Shown: positions 13,347 through 25,700, numbered from the whole stretch's first letter. The stretch is DNA of 62,745 bases, filler included, from Trichosphaerium sp. ATCC 40318 (GCA_038496445.1; 3 parts of 3 records of this genome joined end to end with filler, not necessarily neighbours in it); one strand, 5' to 3'. Program-made: numbers and translations. Notes: a model not told the origin generated them from the sequence alone.

Positions 13347-16300
13347 TTATCTTTCGCACTTAAATCTTGACAAGTACTTTTCTTTTCTGACAGTGTAGGC
13401 TTTTTCTCGTTCTATAATGTGATCATCGCTGTCTGTTGTTGGCTTATTAGTTAAAGGTGGAATTAGCAAATGGTTTTTACAACAAGGACAGCATGGCAAT
13501 GTAGATCGTATTTTGTTCTGCCTTTTTTGTTGTCTAAATATAAAATACGATTGATTGCCACAGTATCCCCAGCCATGAATGTATGCTTTTACAATCAAAG
13601 CTTTCTCATAACCTCCAATAAAACTATTAAGTTTGTGGCTCATGTAATTATTAGCGTACCAACTGTTGATTTACCAATGAGAGAAAAGGATAATATCAAA
13701 TATGTAGCCCCTTCCCAAGTATCCATCTTTTGTTGTGTCCTCAAAGACAATTCAGCCATCTCAATCACATTATTTAAAGTATCCTTGTTATCGCAACCTT
13801 GTATTATAAAAAGATTGTCTCCAAAATATCTACAAAACCATCAATTGTTGTATTGGATATTGTTTTTTTTCGTACTCTTTGTTGACAGCGACACTTTTTG
13901 TTATAACTTTTAATCCAGGCTTGGTCGTTGCATGTGTACTGCCAAACATGCAGTTGTAGATAGTAGGAATAAGCTGTAATTGTTTGAAGCTGAGTGGAGA
14001 GTAAAAAAGTGCATTACTAAAGCAAAAAAATGTACATACCCGTTTTTGTTATATAACAGCACATCACCGTCATCCAAATAAAGGTGTTCATCAGTTTGCA
14101 TATTGTACATAGACCTTCCAACTATGCAATGAAGATTTGCTTTTACTTGGGGCATGTGCAAAGGTACTCTAAGTCTGTGGTCCCAGCGTATCTGTTTAAA
14201 AGGGCTTCTTTTAATGCCGTCCATCAATTTGTGCAATTTTAGCATTTTCTTTGCGACAGTTTCAGATAATGGCTAACAACGTAAGTGAAATTGCAGTTAT
14301 ACTAAACGTTGTATGAAATATAGTACCTCATCATTTATTTGTATGTGCCTCAATACTACAGTAAAGTAGTTGGTAGTGGCTGTAGAGTAAGCAGCTTTTT
14401 CACATGTGACTTTAACGGAGTGTGGAATACTCCTTGGACTCTTTACTATCTTACCATTGTCATCTTTCTCTACGCCATGCAGTCCCCACACAAATTGTTT
14501 TTCAATGAGTTTGACTGCATCATCAATGATAATTTCTTTTGTGTGACGATCGCCGTTTTTAAATACCACAGCTGCACATGTAAACCCGCTATTTGTATCC
14601 ATTGCCCCACCAGTTCCATCACAATGTCTGCCCAGCTCAGCACTCTTTTCAGTCCACCCCTTTTTGATGCAAATCAGTCAAAAATGGCACAGTAAATAAA
14701 TAAATGAAATACTATCGTACTTTTATTTCAACGTGTAGCTTTGAACAGTCACGCTTATAATCCAAACTATGCTTCAAACCACATTTGTAATGAAAAACAC
14801 ACAAGGGTTCCAATAATCTCTTATCTTCGGCATCCAAAAGATATGTGGGATCACAAAAATTATTGCCTTTGGCTTTGCCAGAAACAGGAGCTACCCATCC
14901 AAAGGGATCACAGTCTTCCGCATCTTTGAAAGAAACTGAAGAATAAGGACTCACATAATATGGTGTATTTATATTCGTGTCAGTGTATGCTCTAAGCTAA
15001 ACTGAACGATTAGTGACACAAGAAAAACTTTGTAAAAAAACCAAAAAAAAAAAAAAATGGAAAATAGTTTTTAGCACCCTGTATCGTAGTTTCTTTTTGT
15101 GTCGCAACACAAACTCTTTTAAACCTGCAAAAATAGAGCCATCATCCAAGGTGTCAGGGCCATTGATATTGGCATTGTACAGAAAAACACCACCAGAGTT
15201 TAATTCCGATATTTGAGATAATTTTGTAACCTTGACAGAGTTACTTGTATAAACACCAAACCTGTTGAGAGGGACTGAAACATCTTTTTCATTTTGAACA
15301 CCACTCTCCAATAATTCTTTAACCTTTTTTTGCTCCAGCAAAGTCTTTTCTAACTTCTGGTAGTCTATGATAATGGTTTCTGCACTCTTTCCCACTCTGA
15401 AACATTCGATCGCAGCATTTAAACTTCTTACACTTGGTGGCCTTCTCACCTTTATTGTTCGATGATCTAACTGTTGTTGAGCCACCCTGTGAATGACCAC
15501 AGCACATTTATAAACATCACAAGCTTGTAAATCTAATGTATTGGTGGCCTACAAATAAGTTTAACTAAAGTAAAAATAATCGGTTTGATACCCTTTCCAA
15601 TGTTTCATAGAAAGATTCTGCAGTTGGAATTGGACCATTTGCAGCAGAAGAAGCTCGTAATATTGTCTTCAATTTCTTGTGTCTACAACGACATTAATAA
15701 TTCGCAAATAAACACAATATGTGAATGAACAATACCTGTTATCTGCTTGTACCGTTATATGTACTTGTTTCATCCAAGGCTCCATATCTTTTTTACTTTC
15801 ACTTTTTTTGTAGAGCTTTTGAATTACTACGTCGGTTAAGAGGTTGTATAACCTCTTTTCAGTGCTAATTATTTGTGACATATATTCTTTCTCTTGAAAT
15901 GGCTTGTTTCTAAGTGGCATCAGAGGAAATTACGAGAAATAATGTACATATTATGACTTGTTCTTGTCTTTTGTTTTTTGGTATTTCTAATATTCTAAAA
16001 CAAATGTCATTAATAGCATTAAAGTAATAACACTCACCATTACATATGCCAGTTGTACATGTGCGCTAGATGCTTTTCTCTTTTTAGACAACACTTCACC
16101 AATGTCTTCTTCATCAACATCTGATATTGAATCGTCGCTAGGAACATCAAACGATCCATTTGCATGTGTATCTACAATTCCCTGACACAAAGTGAGATTA
16201 AAAATGTAAGTGTTCTGTACAGTTGTTGGAAGATCAGTGTCACCTGCTTCACTTTCATCAAAGCTCACATTTGCAGCGTCAATTTGAATATCATCAATAA

Positions 16301-16519
16301 TGTTTTCTCCAATGTCCTCTTGACTGCCTCCAACAACGGTACCACTGTTGTCTGCACCTTCAACAACGGTACCACTGTTGTTTGTTCGTCTGATTGCTCT
16401 AAGCGCCCTTGCTCTTGCATTATTTAAGCGCCTATAAGAAATCACAATTAACGAGACTTAAAACAATTTAAAACCAAGCCACACATGCACCTTTGTTGGC
16501 ACTTTCCTACACTTGACAT
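13347..16519 (-). CDS. Element C cargo gene 2 with putative 2OG-Fe(II) dioxygenase (AlkB/TET-like) domain
   Basis: ATG 16519, acidic N-terminus; spliced LHVEIK|GWTEKSAELGRHCDG..FTCAAVVF..RSIPHSVKV..YFTVVLRHI gives HxD (14618-14626), H (14420-14422), R (14348-14350); Cys-rich C-terminal exons. Could be more than one gene. Confidence 0.6.
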
Positions 16520-17169
16520 ACTTAAATGGACGTTTAAGGATCTACAACTAAGGTAAATTGAAATAAAACGTACAAGCACACAAAACGGGTAAAAACTTCA
16601 AACGCTTTTCACCCCACCTACATTTTTGTAGCACACACGATTAAAGAGCGTTTGAGCGACTTTGCTTACTTTTTAAGCGCCAAAAATTTTATTGAGCGTA
16701 TGGCGTTATACGCGCTAATAAACGCCATTGAGCGAGCTTTTCAAATTTTTGTGATTTTTCAAAAAAAAAAAAAATTTCTTGCTGAATAATTTTAGTGTAC
16801 GCCAAAGATTTGTAGCACCCATTTAAAAGTACGTTTTTATGATCTATTTTACATACCAAAGGAAACGACGATGGTTTTTAGAAGCTTTTTTCAAGGCCAC
16901 AATTTTTTATCCCCTGCTTGTCCTCCTCTAATGTCATTTTAGTGCGTAAGACAACAAATACGTGTTAAATAGCACTTTTACACAAAAACCTCAAAAAAGA
17001 CACTCACAGATGCTCGCATTTGCTTAAAAACGCTCGCATTCACTCACAGATGTAGAAAAATTATTTTTCAAGGTAATTTACTGGTATTTACCTGTATAGT
17101 CCAAGAATCTTCCGCTGAATCCTTGCTTAGAAGATAAAACGTTATGTGAAAGCTTTTTGACTTCAAGCA

Positions 17170-17460
17170 TACGCTTTCGCCAAAAACACTGCCATCAAAG
17201 ACGCTTTCATCAAGGACGCTGCGCTGCCACCAAAGACACTTTCATCAAGGTGCTGCCACCAAGACGCTTTCATCAAGGCACTGCCAAAAACACTTTCATC
17301 AAGGACATTGCCACCAAAGACGCTGCCACCAAAGACGGTTTCATCAAGGCGCTTCCACCAAAGACGCTTCTACCAAAGACGCTTTCACCAAAGACGCTTT
17401 CATCAAGGACGTTTTCATCAAGGACGTTTTCACCAAAAACGCTTCCACCTAAGATGCTGA
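17170..17460. repeat. ~14-15-bp minisatellite inside element C
   Basis: About 20 degenerate copies of CAAAGACGCTTTCAY / CAAGGACGCTGCCAC. Confidence 0.9.
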
Positions 17461-17730
17461 TAGTACCTTGAGAGAGCTTCTTGCTTTTCCAGTGACTTGG
17501 TGGTTTGTATTTGAGGTCAAACCACCAAAACAACACTTTTGACATTGCATGACCACCAAAAAGATTGGCATCACTACAGGTACGTCGCTTTTCGGCTGTG
17601 TTAGCGCAGTATATACTGCAATAATTAAAAATAACGTTCATTAGCATTTTCACCAGTAAAAATACTTGAAGGGCGCTAGGATAACGTACGTATTATATTA
17701 ACGCGGAAAATAACACTTTAAGACGTTTTT

Positions 17731-18000
17731 GTATTACATTTTCTAAAACTGTTCATTTTTTTTTAAAAACGCTCCAATACGCCCACGCGTATATATTTAG
17801 CCACTTTACGTGTCTCGTTAATTACATTATTTAAAACTGTTAATTTTTTTTTAAAAACACTCAAATACACCCACGCGTATATATTTGGCCACTTTTGCGT
17901 GTTTCTTGTATTACATTCTCTAAAACTGTTAATTTTTTTTTAAAAACACTTAAAAACGCTCAAATACGCCCACGCGTATATATTTCGCCACTTTTAAGTG
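17731..18000 (+). repeat. Three ~88-99-bp tandem repeats upstream of cargo gene 3
   Basis: Core CCCACGCGTATATATTT; ACGCGT at 17785, 17873, 17972. Confidence 0.9.
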
Positions 18001-18075
18001 TTTTTTTCTAACAATTACATTTGCAGCTAAAACTGTCATTTTTTTTCTTCAATTGTTCTAATTTTTTATTAGAAC

Positions 18076-19698
18076 ATGGCCGCGCTAAATCATAGTAAGA
18101 AAATTGCTGCAACATTAATTGCAATGGATCCATGTACGCGTTAAAGAATATTAATAATAAGTTGACATTATCAAAGCTATGTGGATTATATATGTGGAAA
18201 AACATGTACAAGCATTGAGAAGAGAGTTTGGAGATACATTACATAAAGTGACTGTTGTGGGGCAATTTACAACTGAAAATTCAAACAGACTCAACAAACC
18301 GGAACGCGTGGAGAAGTACAATTACACGTACGTTAATAAAACATTTTTCTTTTTATTTTATTGACTTCTTTAGCTTTATACCCATTCAACGATTACAAAA
18401 ACATAACTATTTGAAGCGTTTATTAGACTTTCATGATGCTCACAATAGCACATGCACTGTCGCTGGTAGAGAGACAAATTATCCAGCGCAATTTTGCACA
18501 TCAAATTATCGCTTTACTATGGACAACAAAGCGAGAATTGTTGATTGTGTAGTGATGGATGCTCCTTGGTTGATGTTTAGATTTGTACGTACATTACTTT
18601 TGGTTAGTTATCTTTGTTTACTTTAATCTTAGCCGACCGTCAGCAAAATGAGGGTAGTCGTACACAAAGCTTATATCGAGCAAAGTTGGAACCTTGTTGA
18701 TGTTTTATTGCAGTCGTCTCTTTGTCCTCCTCCATCTAGTAAGTGCTATTATCAATTGTAAAACAGCTCATAATAATTTCATAGGTCCGTGGTGTTTTCT
18801 AGGCGACATGGTCAGAGTCCATTTTTCTTTGGTAGATCAAATCATAGGCGCAAAGTACGTTGTAGAATAATTACATGACTTTGTATTAACTTTATAATTA
18901 GTGATTCAAGGCAATTGACCGTTGGTCAGTTCATAAACGATGATAAGATCAAAAAACCAATGGACGCCATTACAAATTATCAACGAACTCTTTTGACTAT
19001 ACCACCAGAGATGTTTGACGCTATTCGAAGCTTCGGTGGCCTTGAGTTTGATCACACTCTTTCAATGGTGTGTAAGGCCTTTGTGTCTACATTGTTTATT
19101 AGACACAATGGACAATGGCTTAAACATGGAGTCTGGGTTAAACATTCAAACGATGGTAAAAGTTCTATCTTCGCTACTTACAATTGTGGAAGATGTCTCA
19201 AAGTGGTATTTGAAGAAGCTATTAACTCATTCATGTACAAGTGCGTAACTACTATGTACCTTGTTTAAAAATAATAGTTTAATCTAGAGATGTTTTTCTG
19301 TTTAGTTCTGAAGGACATTTGAAACGAGGAACCAGAGTAACCACTGAGGGCGATAAACAACGAATTGTAGAGGTTGCATTTGCCGTACGACAAGATTCAT
19401 ACGAGGTTGAAAATTTCTTCACTTTTAAGAATACGCAGTACATTTCAACGACAACTTACTCATTGTCAAAACAATTGCTGCATTGTTGCATTGAGGCTAT
19501 TAAAAATGGCCAACGGTTTTTGGCTATGAAAATCAATTATCAACCTGAAGATGAAGTAACATGTGTTTGTTATGACAAGGACACACAAAAACCTTACATA
19601 GAAATATCCGATGGATTACTCATTAACCATTTCACTGGCACAGAAGAAGGTACGAAGTTTATTTGGAATTTATTATTATCTCAGTTTTAATACGATGA
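18076..19698 (+). CDS. Element C cargo gene 3 (multi-exon; internal F-box-like motif followed by MORN/YwqK-like segment)
   Basis: ATG 18076, GT-AG introns; LLTIPPEMFDAIRSF..TLSMVCKAF then WLKHGVWVKHSNDG..ATYNCG. Confidence 0.5.
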
Positions 19699-20000
19699 AT
19701 GTAGAGCTAGATGCAGAATATAGTGGTGCCCAATTTGTTGAAGAGACTTCGTCGTTTTCTCTAACATTTCCAATGTGGCCTTTTATTTACCATTATACTG
19801 AAGAAAGGCAACACTACAATGGCTATTCATGGTTGCATCCGAATATACTCACTCCTGTGATTTATTCGAACTGCATGACAGCATTCTTGACATTTGAAGG
19901 TTTGTTTACTTTTCCTAACTTTAGCAAATGGAACGAAGCCATGGACTCATTTTTGTTGGTATCATTGGATCATGAACACCATCTACGCTTGATTATGTAA
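19695..20000 (+). CDS. Element C terminal small ORF (separate gene or last exon)
   Basis: ATG at 19695 overlaps the predicted TGA of the previous gene; ~101 aa; AATAAA right after the stop. Confidence 0.35.
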   Translation: MNVELDAEYSGAQFVEETSSFSLTFPMWPFIYHYTEERQHYNGYSWLHPNILTPVIYSNCMTAFLTFEGLFTFPNFSKWNEAMDSFLLVSLDHEHHLRLIM

Positions 20001-20948
20001 ACCAATAAAGTAGTTAGTTTTTTATTCAAGGTTTATGTTACATACGGTAAATAACAGTAATTACTGTATAATGTCAATTACCGCAAATTTACCATTGTGA
20101 TGGATTTTTTTTATTCAGTAATTACGGTCAAATCCCTTTTTTACAGTAAATACCATTTTTTGACGGTAATTACTTTGAATATTTTTACCCCTGTTATCAT
20201 AGTCTACAGTGCCTAATAAACCAGGGCATTTTCAGGTAATAACACAACTATTTATTTTATAATACAGTACACATACAATACACAAAACTCCTAAGTCCAC
20301 ATTTGAAAAAACCTTAAAGAAAATATGAGATGGTGTAGAAAAAAAAAAAAAAAAAAACTTACCTTGTAGTGTTAGAATTCCGCGGTCCTGGAAATATCGC
20401 GGAGTTCACTTCTACTACTGTTGTAGGTGAAATAGAGTGCTGTGGTTCGTTTGACGGTGGTTTCGTCTAATTTCATGAATTACTAAGAGCGCTAGGTGCC
20501 TATCTATATAAAACGTCAGTAGGTGATGTGAAAAAAAAAGTGTAAAAGTTGTTTGACTGTTACTTACCTTAAACCACTTCCTTAATGTGATCAATCCTAT
20601 GATATAGTATAGGCAATGCCTTATATATGAATTAAAATACAAGGCATATATTGCTTAAAAAAATAAGGCATAATAAAGGCATAAAGTACTTGCAATACAG
20701 GGCATTACTTGATTTTATGCAATGCCAAAAAATGCAATACAAGGCATTACCTGATTTTATGCAATGCCAAAAGATGGCCAAAAATGCCTGGTATTAATGC
20801 CTTTTTGATGAAGGCATTGCCTTTTTGTAAAAATGCCTTATTTTATTGGGCATTGCCAAATGCAAATGCCTTGATTTTGCCATCTAATGCCAAATGTTAG
20901 AAATATGCATCATTTTTTAAGGCAATGCCTAACTGAGTTTCAGCCCTG

Positions 20949-22208
20949 ATGTGTACAATTAATTTTCCATTTGTGTGCATATGGTTGTCTACGTGTTCCT
21001 CATCTAGCCATCCCATACGCATTGCGTATTTGAAGGAAATCTTGGCAGAATATTGTTGCTTGAGATACCACCTCAGAGTTATTTCTAAAACCTTACAAAT
21101 ACATCAATAAAACAAATCATCTTTTTTTCCTTTTTTTATCCCGAATGGTTGGATGGAATCAGAACTTAATTATCGTACTACGAATCAAATACATGATGTA
21201 GAGGGAGGGTTTTGAGTGTTCCAGTATAACAATGAAATACGTACTTCTTTAAAAGAAATCTCCTTTTTTTTCTCAATCTCTGTCATTTTTTCTTGGCCAT
21301 AGTTAACACATGTTGCATCAACAGTACTGTCATAGCTAGTGTATATCTGTCGAGTTGGAAGGGTTTTCCTCAAGATTTTCATTCCCTCGGTGCTCGGTTT
21401 GTAGCCAAGTAATATTGTCTCAAACTCTTCTCTAAACTCTGTTACGTAATAAGGCTCTAAACCCACCACAATCGCAGCATCTCCAAAAACACGCTCTTTG
21501 ACGCTTAGCACAAGTGTTAGCAAAACAAAAACCATAACCATTATAGTGGTACCGTTGGGAGTAAACCTCACGTGTGTCCATATCCCATATCTGAATAAGA
21601 GATTGCTTACCATCGACTTCAATCACAGCATTGTAGATGGACTAATAAGAAAAATGGTAAAGAGGTTACTCGCAAGTATCACACAATTCTTCTTTCTTAC
21701 CCACATTTTTTTTGGTCCTTCTTCTTTTTCTTCAAACACGTGATCAAACACGTGTTTTATATTCATTCTATCTTTTGCTGTATCAAACAAGACTATTTTG
21801 GGAACATCACATGTGTTTACTTTCAAGCTGGCTACAAGCTTTTGGAGCTGTAAGTATGCAAGGACACGCACGTTTTGTTGTTTTTTTCAGTACCATTTTT
21901 AGCACTTTCGGTGGTGAGTCTTGTGGAAGAGCTGAAGCGGCTTGGGGCAAGCAGTACTTCCGCAAGCAATATGTAGATCCGAAAATACTCTTAAACGCTG
22001 TATTAATCATTTCTAAGGCGTTTTAGACAAAAAAAGCTGTACAAATACCAAATACCGCTTTTAAGGACTTCTTTTGGCGTCATGAATTGTGCCATGTCGT
22101 ATAAAACATCATCTGGGAGTTTATCGATGTACGATCGCTTAAACCGCGCAGTAATATTTCCTAACCATTTTCAGGGTGTTTGTGATACTTATTTTGTCCC
22201 TAACCCAT
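20949..22208 (-). pseudogene. F-box + degenerate Ras/Rab-like GTPase gene, interrupted by element B; 3' exons probably at 5127-5182 and 6214-6626
   Basis: Spliced MG|NITARFKRSYIDKLPDDVLYDMAQFMTPKEVL (F-box); IEVDGKQSLIQIWDM (G3 region); frameshifts; the coding frame runs open into the B terminus at 20948. Confidence 0.55.
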
Positions 22209-22263
22209 TCTTGATCCTTATTGTAAGGATGACAACTTACTGTTTCGCTGAATTGCTTTTCTA

Positions 22264-22420
22264 TTGTCCGTTTCAGTCAAGTTAGTCAACTAGTTATTTC
22301 GTCATTTATTTCTCGTAAAAAGTGCTCCATCCAGTGTATACCACAACACAAATAAAGTGCTTCCAGAGCGAAAAATATCTGGCGAAATAACTAGTTGACT
22401 AACTTGACTGAAACGAACAA
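22264..22420. mobile_element. 157-bp MITE with ~41-bp TIRs and TA flanks (Tc1/mariner-like)
   Basis: TTGTCCGTTTCAGTCAAGTTAGTCAACTAGTTATTTCG is inverted at 22380-22420 with 2 mismatches; TA on both sides. Confidence 0.8.
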
Positions 22421-22494
22421 TACAACTTTTGTTTACTTTGCTAGTTTATTGATTCAGACAGAGTTGATTTGAATAGCCCAGAAACTATTGTAGA

Positions 22495-22705
22495 AAAGAG
22501 ATGGGTCTAATGGTGTTTTGCGTTATGAAGCTTATAACAAGAATTGCTAACATGGACACCATAAAAGCTATGACAAGGATCAAAATTTAAAAGAGATTGC
22601 GGACTATGTACATGGCCGCAAGATCTCCCAGCGAAGATGTAAACCTGATGGTACCTTTCAGGAAGTATACCACACTGGCAATAGGCTATGTAGAGTAATG
22701 TAAAG
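22495..22705 (+). pseudogene. Degenerate MORN-variant/YwqK-like repeat fragment
   Basis: Frame reads NGVLRYEAYNKNC*HGHHKSYDKDQNLKEIADYVHGRK..KPDGTFQE. Confidence 0.45.
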
Positions 22706-25700
22706 GTATTTCAAGAGCTGGTTACAATAGTGTATTGGCGTTTGATAGATTGTTGACAGACTCTACAACAAGGAATTACAGGACCGTAGAAGCAAAGGGA
22801 GTTGCGGTTGGTGATTCACTTAATACAAAAAATGAGGCCACCATGTGATACATTAGAAATTATCAATCCTCCATAACCTCTATTATTGTGATATTACCTG
22901 TGGAGGCATTGAATAAATGGAAACAATAAGTTCTGAAGCCAGATTAAATCAGTCTACTATTGTTTGTTATAGTTCTTCGAGCCGTCATTACCACCAATGC
23001 GTAAAGCACCAAGGTAAATAGGTAGTTCCGTTCAAAACTTGAAAAATACTTGACAGTTTTAGCAATGGGTCTTGTCACTTGGCAACTAAAAGTTTCTTTT
23101 TTTAGATTTATCTTTGAGATTATTGTAGTAACATTCTTCTTTTGAGGTAATGTGTAGCTACACTAGCATCCGAATATGTTTACCAAACTTTTCAAGCTTT
23201 CCACATGGAAGTTTTTCGTTCCAATATATCTATCTGGGCCGTTGTCAAAAAAAATGGTCTTTGCAAACTCCGCAAATCTTTGCCAAAGACTTGTACAAAC
23301 TGATTATAGGAGATTTTGTTTATGGAAAAAAAAACCGTTATTTGAGTGGGCGTTTAATAATTTCTCGTCAAATACATAGCATGTTGTACCAGGAGTCTAA
23401 CCAAGCAGAACGCGGATTTAATAAAAAAGTTTTTCAAAAACCAAAAAAAAATTACTACACTAAACCAGATCACACATATGTGTCCTTTGGCCAAGCCATT
23501 TTGTGGAAACTCCACAGAAATATTATATGCTCTGTGGTGTTTTACAAGCTTCTCCTTCTCTTTCTAGGATCGAAAAATCGTAACAACTTTCGGGTCTATT
23601 TGTTCGGTTTTTAGCAATTCCGCTCTCAACTCGTAGCCCTTATGTAGTACTTCAAGTTTTACTATGATGCTTACCAATGAAAAACCTCCGTGTGAATCTG
23701 TTACGCAGTATTTTAAAAAAGGAGCCCAGAGGTAAATAAAACTCAGAGACGACAAACATAAACGCGTTGTGTACATGTGATCGTTTATCAAAAGCAAAAA
23801 AAAAAAACACGTCACGCCACAAGTGCTGCAGTTCCCAACACTAAACTCTTATCTGTATCTACACGAATCCACGTGTTCTCAGTAAAAGGCGCCAAGGTAA
23901 CGAACAGAGAAGGAGAAGGCCAAAAATCACAGGCATTGAAAAGGATGTTAACTTGGCATAAGCCCAAATCAACAACAGAACCATTCCACACAGCAGGTGA
24001 GGTTTTTTAGAGAGTTTCCTTTTTTTTAAGCTTATGTCCATTTTTAGGAACCCCAAAAGGATGTGATCTTACTCACATGGCTCGTATTGGCTACTACAAC
24101 TCTAAATAGCAACGCAACCATAAAGAATTGGCTGCGATGAGGTTATTTGTTTGTCTTCCAAGCATGAGCCTTAGTCTTATTGACAACCCTGTTGACGAAG
24201 AGGGAGAACAGTTTTGGTGTTGGAAGACCAAAATTGAAACCAAAATCTGTAACAAAAAGGTCTCATTCGTAGTTATTGATGAAGCATTGTAGTGTCAATA
24301 AATCTCTTAGTGTACTTCATTCAGTACAAATACGTACTTAGTTTTCCCTTTTTGTTGGTTGTCACCATCAAAAGTTTTTAAGGGCTTCGTTTGGTGTTAA
24401 CTGTACCCTATTCATGCTGAGCATGTGCCACCATGCGTCGTTCTAGGCTAGAACCTTTTTTAGGCAGAGAAATAAAACATCACGCAAGGAATTAAAAAAC
24501 TCGTTGTCCTCTTTAACGAGACCAGTTAGCCTCGCTACTGCATTTGTAAATTCTCCTTCTTTTAGGCAAATAGCACGTGAACATCCTGATGCATTTTGAC
24601 GAGGTCAAATCTTCTACTTGCGATTGATAGTTTCTCAATAGCTAGTAGAAGCTGAAGGCCTCGTATATATTGTCTGCCTCATTCAAGTATTTAGCCAGAC
24701 TGACTTTTAACAAAAAAATTCCAGTTTCTGTACGATCTATCAGATCTTGCGTACGGATCTGCCAATTCTGTCCGATCTTTACAAATCTCACATTTTATGA
24801 TGTACCCTCAACTGTCTAGCAAATCCAACCGTTTCAAAATCACGTGATTTAATTTACAATAGTTATTATTTTTATTTACATATTTGACGGATCCGGCGGT
24901 GTTTACAATCCTACAGCAACTTGGTAGTATTTTTGGGGAGGTTTAACGTTATTACGCCTGATTTGCTGTTTGGGTGCTGCGAGAGCGCTTTTCTTAGCGT
25001 GGGGTAGGCGCAAGCGTAGCGCTAGTAAGTCATACACGTGCCTTGATTTTAGAAGCAAAACAAGCACAGTAAAATTTTGACTTTAGCATTCTGTTAAAAA
25101 AATCGTTGAAACTATTTCTCTGCATGACTTAAACGTATAAGTTTCAAAGATAACGCTTTCCACTTGAGCAACGTACTAGATTGTTCTGGTACAAGTTAAA
25201 ATACTGTGAGCGAAAAGAATAGGTACAAATAATTTTAAAACGGTTTTATGGCCATTTCTTATTACTACGCGTAAACCTCTCCTTAGACGAGCTTTTGGGC
25301 TATTGGAGCTAAATTTGTTGAAATGAAACTAATGTCCCAATAGTCGTACTGAGAGTTCGCCTTCGGGTCTTGTACGCTTACCAGTGGAATTGGTAGTTAT
25401 AATAGTGCGTTCATTATCAGCAGGCCTGGTTTCACCATTGTCAGTACCTGCCAACTAATGAAAGATATTGTTCACAATGTCCTTGGTTACAACAGGTTAA
25501 AATTGAAGCATATTTCAGATGTACACGTGATTTTGAAGCAAAAAGCACCTCAAGAGAATACATAACTGTTTTTTGGTTGAGTATTCACATAACGGCTACA
25601 AAGCCATGTGCAAGTGTATTTAACTATTGTTCGTATTATCTCGTACTTGTTTAGATATTCCTTGAACTTTGATGTGAGGGTACAACAAAAAGCTCCTGCT

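Larger units (their letters stand above)
6913..20193. mobile_element. Element C: 13.3-kb candidate autonomous CMC (EnSpm/CACTA/Plavaka-like) DNA transposon with cargo genes
   Basis: TIRs CAGGGCTAAAAATTTTC and (reverse complement) CAGGGGTAAAAATATTC; TT TSD confirmed by the empty site GTAAGCATTATCATAG in B copy 2; subterminal TTAC-core repeats at both ends; encodes a transposase. Confidence 0.92.
6627..20948 (+). mobile_element. Non-autonomous TIR element, family B, copy 1 (split by element C)
   Basis: TIR CAGGGCTGAAACTCA, AT TSD; 6627-6912 plus 20196-20948 match the uninterrupted copy at 57147-58182; many AAGGCA/TGCCTT subterminal repeats. Confidence 0.93.

Noticed and set aside
17157-17653. 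ORFs over the minisatellite, or a CRISPR-like array
   Set aside because: Degenerate tandem units with no unique spacers; the ORFs are by-products of the repeat; eukaryotic context with no cas genes.
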